In this document: positions 42,640 to 54,352 of the stretch, piece after piece
How the letters are laid out: each line of letters begins with the position of its first letter
How positions within the stretch are numbered: the stretch's first letter is position 1
DNA from: Vicugna vicugna
Lineage: Eukaryota
DNA length: 64,000 nt
Assembly: GCA_013265495.1 (NCBI GenBank)
Contig: MU058384.1
Coordinates: forward strand, 1,055,690-1,119,689
Reading direction: 5' to 3'
Position numbers and translations under genes: made by a program
Notes under the pieces: generated by a model
What the model saw: only the letters and a program-made list of their open reading frames with translations
Databases searched by the model: none
What the model was told of the DNA's origin: nothing

Positions 42640-42903
42640 ATGAACAGTGGAGTGCATGTATCTTTTGGAATAAGAACTTACACTGGACATACACCCAGGA
42701 ATGGGATTGCTGGATCATAGGTGAAGTCTATTTTCAGTTTTTTAAGGAATCTCCATACTGTTTTCCATAAATTTAATACCTTATAATAGCCTATAATGAA
42801 AAAGAATATGAAAAGGAATATTATGTATGTGTAAGTGAATCACTCTGCTGTACACCAGAAATTAACACATTATAAATCAACTGTACTTCAGTTAAAAAAA
42901 AAA
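42640..42903 (+). mobile_element. Short young L1 with 5' inversion (42640-42769 inverted; 42770-42903 sense tail)
   Basis: Antisense ORF2 end (gggattgctggatcata...gaatctccatactgttttccata) abuts the sense 3' UTR (acaccagaaattaacacatt...cttcagttaaaaaaaaaa). Confidence 0.85.
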
Positions 42904-43184
42904 GAATCAATAAAAGAAAAATGTCAGATTTGAAAGATTCTTTATCTTAATGGAAATGGAGAATTGGGACACCATTTTGAGCAGCCAAAGCCACGATTAA
43001 AAAAAAAAAAGTCTACAAAAAGAAGGGTAAATTGTTACTCTGCAAATTGTAGCATAAGGAGAGACCTGACCTAGGAAGAGAAGCTCAGAGATAGGCAGAC
43101 ATTCACACAAGTGATAAAGGGGTGAATTAAAACTGGGGGGAGGGTGGGAATAATAAAGCAAGTCTGCATTGCTGCCTACCTTGA

Positions 43185-44405
43185 TGGGCACTCTGCTGAG
43201 TGCTTTACCTCCATTGTCTTTTTTTTTTTTTCTAACTGAAGTATAGTTGTTTACAATGTGTCAATTTCTGGTGTACAGCATAATGTTTCAGTTATACATA
43301 TACATACATATATTCATTTTCATATCTTTTTCATTATAGGATACTACAAGATATTGAATACAGTTCCCTGTGCTATACAAAAGAAACTTGTTGATCTATT
43401 TTATATATAGTAGTTAGTATTTGCAAATCTCAAACTCCCAATTTATCCCTTCACACCCCTATTCCCCCCAGTAACCATACGTTCATTTACTATGTCTGTG
43501 AGTCTGTTTCTGTTTTGTAGACAAGTTCATCAATGTCTTTTTTCTTTCTTAGATTCCACATATGAGTGATATCATATGGTATTTTTCTTTCTCTTTTCTG
43601 GCTTACTTCACTTAGAATGATGATTTCCAGGTCCATGAATGTTGCTGCAAATCGCATTATTTTATTCTTTTTTATGGCTGAGTAGTATTCCATTGTATAA
43701 CTATACCAAAACTCTTTTATCCAGTCATCTGCTGATGGACATTTAGGTTGTTTCGATATTTTAACTACTACTTACCTACTGTATATAGTGCCACTATGAA
43801 CACTGGGGTGCATGTATCTTTTCAAATTAGAGTTCCCTCCAGATATATGCCCAGGAGTAGGATTGCTGGATCATATGGTAAGTCTATTTTTAGTTTTCTG
43901 AGGAATTTCCATATTTTTCTCCATAATGGGTGCACCAAATTACATTACCACCAACAGTGTAGAAAGGTCCCCTTTTCTCCACACCCTCTAAGCATTTATC
44001 GTTTGTGAACTTTTTAATGATGGCCATTCTGACTAGTGTGAGGTAATACTTCATTGTACTTCTGATTTGCATTTCTCTGATAATTAGCAATATTATATCA
44101 TGTACCTTTTGGCCATTTGTATGCCTTCACTGGAGAATTGCTTGTTTAGGTCTCCTGCTCATTTTTGGATTGAGTTGTTTGCTTTTTCATTGTTAAGTTG
44201 TATGAGCTGTTTATATATTCTGAAAATTAAGCCTTTGTCAGTTGCATCATTTGCAAGTATTTTCTCCCATTCTGTAGATTGTCCATTGTCTTCTTAATCC
44301 TCCAAACAACCCTCTGAGGGAACCTGGGCTCACAGAGATGTTCCATAACTTTCTTAAAGATACATATCTAGAAAGTGGCTGAGCAGAGACTGGAACCAAA
44401 TTCTG
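43185..44405 (-). mobile_element. MIR split by the L1 (43185-43220 and 44282-44405)
   Basis: gggcactctgctgagtgctttac...|ttaatcctccaaacaaccctctgagg...ctagaaagtggctgagcagagactggaacc rejoins as an antisense MIR. Confidence 0.8.
43221..44281 (-). mobile_element. Young 5'-truncated L1 inserted in a MIR
   Basis: Poly-T, 3' UTR and ORF2 C-terminal peptides ([39 protein letters not shown]). TSD tccattgtctt at 43210-43220 and 44282-44292. Confidence 0.95.
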
Positions 44406-47169
44406 TACACCAAGCTACTTCTTCTGGAGTGAAATGTAGGAAGGCGAGTAAGCAGTTTAAAAGCAGAAATGTCAGGGTTTTTGCGTAACAGATTTACTCA
44501 AAGGATAGGAAAAGAGATCAAAAGACTAGGTAAAAGGATAAAGGAGAGGAAGAGAAAATAAAAGAACGTGAAGTTTTCAGCAGCTTGAGAGGCTTTAGCA
44601 GTTTTAGAAGTTTGAGACTTTTTTCCTTAAAAAACATGGATATGAGGAGGAGGTACTGTGACTGTTGGCAGAGATGAAGGAAATTAGTAGTTTGGCTTTG
44701 GATATTTGAAGGTGAATTAACATAAGACATCCAGATGAAAATGTCTGATACACAGTCATATACAGCTAGAGCTACAATTAAGAGAAAATTGATATCATGT
44801 GGTTTGAATAACATGCGTGTCTCCATGGCAGAGAAGAGGTGTTACTCAGTTTCTGCACCTTTGTATCTCTAGATCTGGCTTTGTGTCCCCTGTACCTGTC
44901 TCCGAGTAAATGCTCTGTGAGGATTTGTTGGGAAAAAAATTACTAATTTTCTGGAAATTTATTTCTGGAATATCCGATGTTCATAAATATTTAGGGATAT
45001 ATGTTTTGTGAATAACTATACAACCCACTGGAGACATTCAGCTGAAAATACCTCACACATTTAAGGATAAAAAATGAGAGGTGCTTATAGATTCTTTAAA
45101 AATAAAAACTCTCTAAATTAAAGATCTGTAGACAAGAGCTACTGCCTTCTTACCCCACTGACTATTGAAATCTTTGAAGATCAAAGAGCTTTTTGAAACA
45201 AAACACATTTATTTCATAACATGATTATGCATAACACTTTCTTTGTTTATTCTTAAAATCTCTGACTAATTCTTTGTAACACCTGCTTGGGAATGAAGTA
45301 TTAATAAAAGATTTTGCTTTTAACTTTTTATTGACACCACAGAACTTTTAGTGCACCACATTAACACTGAAGGGTTGCCTTAAATTATACTAGAGAACCA
45401 GTGTAAATTATGTTGCATCATTTTTTCTTAGTATTTTACTTTTAAAGATATTGCACATTATAAAAAGGTGCTTTATTTATTCAGCTTTCTTCTCTGTGGA
45501 TGTTGTTAATTGGTTTAAACATTGCGCCAAATTATGTACAGGAGAAAATATCTGTTCCTTCCTCTGCTAAATTTATTGCATGACATCACTTGGACACTAG
45601 AAGAAACTGGAACATTCTATTAAGCATAACAACCCCTCAAAGGACAAAGCTGGTAAACTCCCATCATGCCATATTTCTAAACAGTTTTCAGGAACATCAG
45701 GAAACAGATCTTCCTTCCTCTACTTCTTCTCTCACATCCCGAAAGGAGAGCCAATTAGCTAACCAGTCACCTGGAAATTTTCCAATATTTCTCTAAGTAA
45801 GTCCAGCCCTGGTTGTGGTTATGAGTGGGAAGGTTATGCTAAATAAAGGTCACATGTGCTGAGAAAACATGTGATGACACTTAAAGCGTGTTTACGTTCT
45901 TTTAATTGGACTTTTCTCCTTGTGAGAGACAGGCATTACTTTTATGAAGACCAAATGAAGCCCCTCCCCACACCCCAGTAAAACATGCTAGCGTTACCAT
46001 ATCCCAGAAATGACTTCAAGAAAGCAGTTTCTAAGCATTCCTGCCTCTGAATACAACTTACAGTCTTATATTCCTTTAGAGGCTTAGTTGTGGTTTTGAT
46101 CTAGGCTACAAGTTTTTCTTCCTTATTTAAACTGACCTTCTCAAGATGACATCCCATGATGATATATTACATTACATAGAAATATTTCTACTGACCTTAA
46201 CTGGATGAAAAATAAACATGTTGTTTTTTTTCATCTGGTTTAAATATTATGCATCTGTCAAGTAAGTTACATTATTGGCATATCTCTTTTTTGCATGGCA
46301 CTGGGCCACATCAAATCAAACTCTCCCTTTTTAGACCAGCAGATGAGAGGAATAAATCACATTTTGGATGAATTTAAGAGACAGTTTCTTAGGGTTTTTT
46401 GGCCATCATTTTAAAACACATAATTGATCAAGCTTGTTGTTTACCAAATCATTGTTCCTAGGATTGTTTCTATTTTTGTTCTTTGTTTTGTTCTTTGCAT
46501 ACTATGTGTTAAACATTTTTATTGTATTTAAAACAATCTATGAATATAACTCCTTTTAATAAGTGATTTTTTACAGGGTAACTGAAAGTAAAGTTATCTT
46601 AAAGACTAGTTTTAGCAAGGCACATACATTGAATATTGACTGCCACTCAATATCATTATTTTAATCACAATTTCATCAAAAGCATATGAGAATGCTATTG
46701 TTTATGAATGCAAAATGAGATCAAGTTCTTAGTTCCCCAGGACAATTACATAGAGTTCCAAAACTGTGAGAGAAAAAAGTGGATAATAATCTAGCATTAG
46801 AAATGTTAGAACAACACAAAGAGGCAAACATTAACTACTAACACCTCAAATTATTGTTGTGAAATCCATTGGAAAATGAAATGCAAACAGAAAAACTGAA
46901 AGGTAAGCAAGAAATGGTGGGGAACAAGATAAAGAGGAAGGAAGAAAAAGTAAAAGAAGGAGAAAAAGGAAAAAGAAAAATAAGTATTTTAATGTTAATA
47001 TTTATATGTTCAATTCCAATGTACTCATCTATAAAAGATTCCTCACTCTCAACCCAGTTCAAATTAGAAAACTCATTATCACTTTCAATACATTTCCTTT
47101 CACATAACCTATTCTTGTCTTCAAATTTAATACTTCATCACTGAAAATTTTCTATAACTACCCTTATTT

Positions 47170-47600
47170 CACTTTTTCCAAGTCATCTCAATTTGAATTC
47201 TCATGATCTATCACTGCAGACTCCTAAGTGATCTCTTTTCTAGTCTCTTCCCTTTCAAGTCAAACTCCATCCTCTCATCAGAGGTATCTCTGAAAAAATA
47301 TGTACTTGATCACGGAATTTCCCAGATCAGATTTGGAGAGCTTACCATCACCCTGTTCACTCTTTCTATCTTATTTCCTGTCATTTCCTTTATCCCATAT
47401 GCTTTAGCCAAACCACAAAATTCCAGCCTTAATGTATCTGCTGTACCATTTGACCAGCAGGCTTGTCCATATTCTCCTTCACTAGAATTTCCTGGGCAAC
47501 TGTCAAGACTCAGTTCTAGTCAGCCCTTTGCTGAAAACTTCCTTGGGCTCACCCAGCGAAATCAATTCCTTATTTTGTACCTCAAATCACTTGGGTTATT
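47170..47600 (+). mobile_element. L2 fragment
   Basis: ctcctaagtgatctc...ccatcctctcatcagaggtatctctgaaaaaatatgtacttgatcac resembles the L2 3' region. Confidence 0.6.
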
Positions 47601-50600
47601 CCATATATATATGGAATATAAGTATATATACATAAAATATATATACATTTCACCATTTGGTAAATGTCACTGGATCATCAATGTAAACTTGGAGGTAGTA
47701 TAAACATAAAACGTTTTCCCTCTAATTATTGACTTCCAATCATGCTATGTCACATGTTCCTTTCCCATCTCTTAACAACATCTCAGACATCCGTATTTTC
47801 CTTGTCATTTTTATTTTTTAAAAAAACCTATCTAGTCCAGTCCAATTCTTCAAACTCATATGTGTGTTAATAGCCATGTGCACCCCTATCTCTATGCTAG
47901 GTATTGGCTCAAGGGAACTCAGACAGATTATAGAGCTTGATCTGCTCTTTCACTCTTGTCCTCTCCTGTATTAGGTTCTAGTTCCTTTGTGGTTTGGATC
48001 TGTTCAGAAGGGTGAGAGGAATATGCCAAATCCTTAGTTAATCAACAATTAGGACTGTAATCCTCTGTTGACTCTTGTTGCTCCTCAGCTACCATTGTCT
48101 TGCTGATGACAACCTCCTTCAGGGGATCTACGGGGTCTTCCCCACAGTACAGCTCCTTGACAGGTGAGCTTTCTTCTTTTGACTTGATCTCTTGCACCTT
48201 TCTTTCCGACCCAGTACTAAATCTCCTCTGTAGGGTACGCGCAGCCTAGTCCAAGACTTTCCAGAGGGAAACATATTCACTGCTGTCATGACAAATGACA
48301 GTGCAAAACTGGAAAAGGGCTGACTGCTCCTCTTCTGATCTTTCTCTTTCCTACTTTTTCTCTCTCCCATTTTCCAGTTCTTCCTTCCAGCCTTGACTAG
48401 GATCAGACCATTTCAGCAAGTCTGTTGCATGTACACCTAGGTCCTGAGATGCCAATTTCACCATCATGCATGAATATATAACCCTTATAAATGGTTATCC
48501 TGCATATCCCTCACTGTTTTTCGGTAGAGAGGCAAGCATCTCTACCCCTCCTCCAAATTATTAGCACTGACTCCAGTTCAATAACTCAGAACCCTGATAC
48601 TATCTTCTAGTCTGTATAAATTCCCTTATTCTTCTGGTTTAGACAGACACAGGGAAAGGAGGATGCAAGGATTTGGGAATGGTGGCATAATGGTTTGAAA
48701 GCAAAATTTTAGGACATTATCTTTCCTTCATTAGAGACTACTCTTCACCGTCTGCTCTCCCAAATTTGAATCCTTTCTTCCATTTCTGGAGAAAGAAAAA
48801 ACTTTCCACTCAACAACCTCACTGTAGATAATGAATATTGGTTCTATGAATGAATAAATCAGCCAATTAACCAGTCTTCCTTCTAACTTTCAGTCCTTAG
48901 AATTTACTCTCGCAGAATGGAATTTACTACAGGGGATTAGGAAATTCACTGAGTTTCTCAAATGGCCAGAGAAATGAGTCTGGAGGCTACACAACCAGGA
49001 GCAACACAGGCATTAAGTAATGCAATAGTAATTGTAATAGAAAATCCCCTGCCAATATGCAGTAGCTACCACAAAACAAATCTTCAGTTACTCACTCTCA
49101 AACCCACTCATACTCCTATAGTCAAAAGCAAAACGACTCTAGCAAAAACCTATGATCCTGCCTAATAGACTATAACTATTCATAGAAATGAAATGTGTTC
49201 ACCTCTCGTCAAAACAGTAGATCCATGACCTCACCACTTATGACATCCATTGCTAGGTGATATTTTTCTCTGTCCACAGTTCAGTCACAATCTTGGCTTG
49301 ATATTCTCTAGTTTATGTACTAAATTATATTTTAACTATTGTTCACAAAATTTATCTAAAATGATAAGAAAATGGATTTGGAAAAAAATTTGTACACAAG
49401 CATATAGATAACTGAGTAAAGAAGAAATTATGAGTATCTATTACAGCTTTAATTTTTGGAATTGTTTACATGGCTGTGGTTCGTGTTTATAACTTCTTTC
49501 CACTTCTGTCCATTCATACTTTATTTGCTCTCAGGCAGCATCACTTACTAATTAAGACAAGATTTTCTACCTGTTGGTCCAGGCATCCAGTGGTGTGAAA
49601 AGCCTCAAATGGCTGGTTGATTTTCTCAACTACTTATTCAATGTTGGAAGTATGGATTCCTTGTTTATAAGACTTCTAAATCAGCACTGTGTAAGGTCAC
49701 AAAGCAAAAGTCTGAAGAGTGGATCACTTTAGTGCTATAGTGAAAGCATCACTTTCTCTTTAACCCCTTAATTTCTAGACCCATGCATTCTGGTTATAGG
49801 GAAAACATCACCCATATATTGTTTGCTGATTAAGAACCTATTCTGTTCTTTAAAAACAGCACAAAACACTTTAATGCGTTGTTTCCCACTGGGATCCTTA
49901 TATGTTCTTAAATAAACATTTCATTTTATGTAAAGCAACTGGCTACTTGATGATAGAATGCATTTTTTAACTAAAAAAAATGAATTCTGTGAGCACTAAA
50001 AACAATTTCTTGCTTATTTTATAGTAAAATGAATTCCTTGGTTGGAATTCATATTTTGCTTTGTTTTGTTTGTTGGTTTGTTTGTTTTGTTTTTGGTAAC
50101 ATAGAATAAGAAAATCACTAAGTTCATGAGCAGTATTGTTGGCAGAAACAGGTAAGGAAGAAAGGAAATAAATCAAATCCAGACGGCGTCAATTCTGATT
50201 CCAATGGGGAGAAATTATTACCTTTTCAAAACAGGAGGATCCAACATACCTGACTTCCCAAGTTCTTGGTCCCTCTAAATTGTAATTTATTTCAGGAGTT
50301 CTGTCTATGTCTCTCTTCAGAATAGCAATATAAAGGACATCCATGAGGAGGGGGAGTTGTATGTTCTGTATACTTTGCCCTGATCATCACGGCAATTTGT
50401 TCATGACCACACAGAATAAGAACTGAGATAAGGCAAAAAGTTACTGCCCGGCACAGAAGTGAATCCTTCAGCTGAATTCCTCTGCAGACAGGACCATCTG
50501 CTGATCATTCACATGGGGTACAGATATTTTAAATTTAGGACCCATTAACATAATTTTCCCTCAAACCTCGTCATTAATCTTCCAAATATGTCCTTCCAAA

Positions 50601-50659
50601 TCCCTGATCATCTGGCCAAAAACTAGCTACAGCTCATGGATTTAAGTAAAGGCATACCC

Positions 50660-50940
50660 TGCTCATCGCTTCTTCCAGTCAAAGCGGAAAAGCCACCTGT
50701 GCTGGTCGAAGCGCTGCGCGTTGGGGGGGTTCTTTACCGCGCCATCCTTCGGAGCTAATGGTGGATTGTACTTCTAGAGGATTCTGCTCCACATCGGCGC
50801 CAGAGCTATCTACAGCTGGGTTTCCTGTCTGCCATCCTCAGTTATTAGACGCAGGGAACCCTCTGAAGGTTGAGGCTGAGGAAGAAATGACAATACACAA
50901 GCGCTGGCACATGGAGAAAGCGATCACGTGTTCATTGGCC
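50660..50940 (-). promoter_or_regulatory. Small CpG-enriched element, candidate promoter or first exon
   Basis: I counted 15 CpGs between 50667 and 50930 in an otherwise CpG-poor window. CCAAT on the minus strand (50934-50938), CACGTG (50925-50930), and a YY1/Kozak-like AGGATGGCG on the minus strand. Confidence 0.5.
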
Positions 50941-53900
50941 TTTCTAATGCCTTCAGAACCTTCTTGAGTTTGATCTCATATATGCCACTTCTAGGTTTGC
51001 CCAAAATTCTGATTTTGTGGATTAAATAACACACACCATAATGGGAAACTCAGATCACATGATAACTTAGCTTTTTATGAATGGCCTTGGAGTATTCAAC
51101 GAAGGCAAGAGCTATTTCTCAAAATAGTGTGATACTTACCACCGCTTTGATTCAAAATCTAAGGGCTGGTACTATGATTCTATTATTGGGGCTTGTTATT
51201 GCTTCATTTCAGCATCCCCATTTGTCACAGACACAGCAAACAGCATCAGAACTGTTGAGTCGTAAGGGCTAAGTGGCAAAATTGCTTACACTGCAACCTG
51301 AATAAGCTAGAAAGTCTTCTTTTGTTTTAGGCCTAATTAAAAACTTACAGTCTAATTATCCAACAAATAGATTGAGCATACACATCGAACAAATGTCATA
51401 TATGTTGCCTCCAGAATTCAAATTAAATTACTTTCTAATACTAGACAGAGAAAAATACATTTTACTTTGAAAACAAAATTCCAGTATACTTCAGACTATT
51501 GTATCCTTGGAAAATTTGTTATACTTCTGAGACTGAATTTCCTTAGCATTTACCTCCTACCCTCCTGCATGTAGACGTTTTATCACATCACCCAGGTGCC
51601 TGCTATTTCTTGCTCCCTAGACTCTATTCACATGTGCCATTAATGAAAAGGACTGGTTTGATGTTCTGAGGGATGTTGAAATGATGAAGTTCTCTGCAGA
51701 TGAAATTATGGCCCAGAGGTAAGGAAATAACATATATCTAAAGTTAGACACTGAAGGCTTTGTATTTTTCTGGCCAAGTGAAATAAATTCTTTCTAGTGT
51801 TCTCCACTTACTGGAGTAGAAAGTTGGCCAAATCAATAACTGTATATCAAGTGCCATGGTGCCATGGTGATACTTATTTGTTTCATTAAAGAATCATATA
51901 GCACATAAGATACTAAATACATAGTTTTACAATGATCTACCATCATTCTCTAAGACCAATCTGTCTCTCATACAGGCAAGCAGGTACCCTGAATTATGAA
52001 AGATAGATCAAGATTCCTGCATCTTTTCAGTCAAGACTGAACTTCATTTGTTACCTTACTCTCATTAGCTTTCCCTGAACAAAGGAAAAATGACTCTCTT
52101 GAAATTAGCAGTAACTCACTGTCCATTGTCCAATTATCAAAAGAATTCTAGTTATATCCCTTTCCCACTGCACAATTATTTTGGCAAATGATCATAGGTT
52201 ATTTTAAGGAAGGCTAGAAAGAAATCTTATTTTGTATAATTGTGTTGTTTCAAATATCTTCCTCAAACAGATGTGGCTTTGCATTCTGTCCAATAGTGCT
52301 GTTTCTCTAAACTTACTCAGGTCTGACAATTGAGTAGGTGGTAAATTTGACTACTTTGGAGCTCGGTTCAGGCCTCTGTTTTTTGCTAGACCTAAAGTAG
52401 TGTTTCCTTTTCTTTCCCTTCTTTGTTATTATTTTTTTAAGAGAGAGGCATTTTTGGAAATCAAGTAGAACCTCAGAAGCTTGTCTTTTTATTTTGGTAC
52501 CAAAGACTCCATAATAAGTTAGAGGTCAACAAAGATCTAGGTGGACCAAAATACTTTGATTACCATGCTTTCTCTGCTGCCCATCATTATAATCAGGCCA
52601 TCTTGTTTGGCAGGAGAATACTGATATTTAGTCTCTTCCACTATGAAATAAGAAAACCCACTTCAATGGCAGCATCTTCTCCCTCATCTCAGTCTACAAA
52701 GGACAACCATATAGCACTCTTTAAAGATGCTGGTGTTCTCCCAAGTGCCTTGGAGAAGAATGTCCTCTGGGATGGTCCTGAGGACTGTATTTGAGGGTAG
52801 ATGAGCAAGATGTACATAATAAATTCCTATGTCTACATTATTGTATTCCTTTTTCTGCATTCTACTACAAGGAGACTGTTATTTAAATTTAATTTAGTAC
52901 AAGTCTCTTCTGGGGCCTAATATAGGTCAACTAACTAAGCAAACATTATCCCTCAGCTGTTCTTTCCAGCACACTGAGTCCAGAGTCCTTGGTAAGTTCC
53001 TTATATAAATAAATTCATCAATAATTATACTTCTCCTCTTTTGCCTCAGAATCCACTCAAACTTAAACTCAATAGATGTTTGCAGTTTTTCTCAACTGAT
53101 GCTCTAACTTTCACAAGACTGTGAACTCAGCCAACTAACAACCATAATTTAGCAATCTCAAAATCAAAATTTGCATCTTATTTCTGGTGATAGCAGTGTT
53201 GCAATTTTGGGAAATAAGAGATTTATTTCTCTTTGCTTCCTTGTTTTGGTTTAATCCTGAGGAAACTATCTGACAGTTATTTAAACAAACATTTAAAACC
53301 TTAATCATGTCATTTTTTCCACAAGTTCCCTACTGCACTTAGAAACAGCCAACTCATCTCACAATATTTGTATTCTTTCAGCCTTTTAAAATGATCTGTT
53401 ATAATATCCATTCAGTCTTCTAAAGCCTTAACTTTATGAGGAAACGTATTCAAAGTGATAAGGGGGATAATTTAAGTAACTCTGTGACCTTGCCCATCAT
53501 GGACTACCAGTATCTCAAATCTAATACTAACTGAATCTTTACTGTTTCAAACTCAATCTAGGTCAGGAAACCAATTTTAGGTTTCAGATCTTTGAGGTTC
53601 TGGCATTTGGAAGCACTTCTATTTTTGTTAAGGGTTCTTAGTTGCACATAATAGTATGTACTTTTGACTTTGTTTAAACAAGCTAGATGTTATTAAGAAG
53701 TTTTAAAAAATTGTCTTAGTTGCCCAGAAAAATCAACTTGGTTTCTACATACTGAGAGTATGAAAAACCCTCCATTAGTCCTGTGGCCATTGTTCAGCCT
53801 CTATACCACTAAGCCTGAACAGTAGAAATGCTAACAAAGGCTGCCCCAAATTTGATCTCAGGTATGTCCATTTATGTGCCAACTTGACTAGGCTAAAGTG

Positions 53901-54009
53901 CCCAGAAGCTTGATCAAACACTAGTCTGGATGTTGCTTTGAAGATTTTTTTCAATGAATATTTATTTGTAGTATCAATGGCATAATCAGGATCATTTAAA
54001 TTGTCAGAG

Positions 54010-54206
54010 ATAAATAAAATAAATAAACAACAAGGTCCTACTGTATAGCACAGGGAACTATTTTCAATATCTTGTAATAGCCTATAATGAAAAAGAATAT
54101 GAAAAGGAATATATAGAAATATATATATATATATATATATCTGAATCACTATGCTCTACACCAGAAATTAACATAACATTGTAAATTGACTATACTTCAA
54201 TAAAAA
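54010..54206 (+). mobile_element. Young L1 3' tail
   Basis: aacaacaaggtcctactgtatagcacagggaacta...tatacttcaataaaaa. TSD taaattgtcagag / taaattgtgaaag. Confidence 0.92.
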
Positions 54207-54245
54207 TAAATTGTGAAAGTAGAGATGTGTCTTGTACATATTACT

Positions 54246-54352
54246 CAGGACTGTCACATGTTGAGGACTATACAAAGGATGTCATTCATTTAGACACTCA
54301 TGTAAATAGCTCTCCTTAGGGTTGTGCAAAGTACAGCATACACACAGCTGCT
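54246..54352 (+). mobile_element. MER91-like hAT-Tip100 MITE remnant
   Basis: caggactgtcacat...gtcattcatttagac...tgtaaatagctctccttagggttgtgcaaagtacagc resembles the palindromic MER91A. Confidence 0.55.

Noticed and set aside
47203..47703. Longest ORF in the track (166 aa)
   Set aside because: It overlies an L2 remnant and AT-rich low-complexity sequence, with no recognisable domain.
50780..50805. Possible CTCF or REST motif in the CpG element
   Set aside because: Alignment to either consensus needs gaps or many mismatches.
51697..51725. ag|ATGAAATTATGGCCCAGAG|gtaagg micro-exon
   Set aside because: It resembles the antisense MIR core, which often mimics splice sites.
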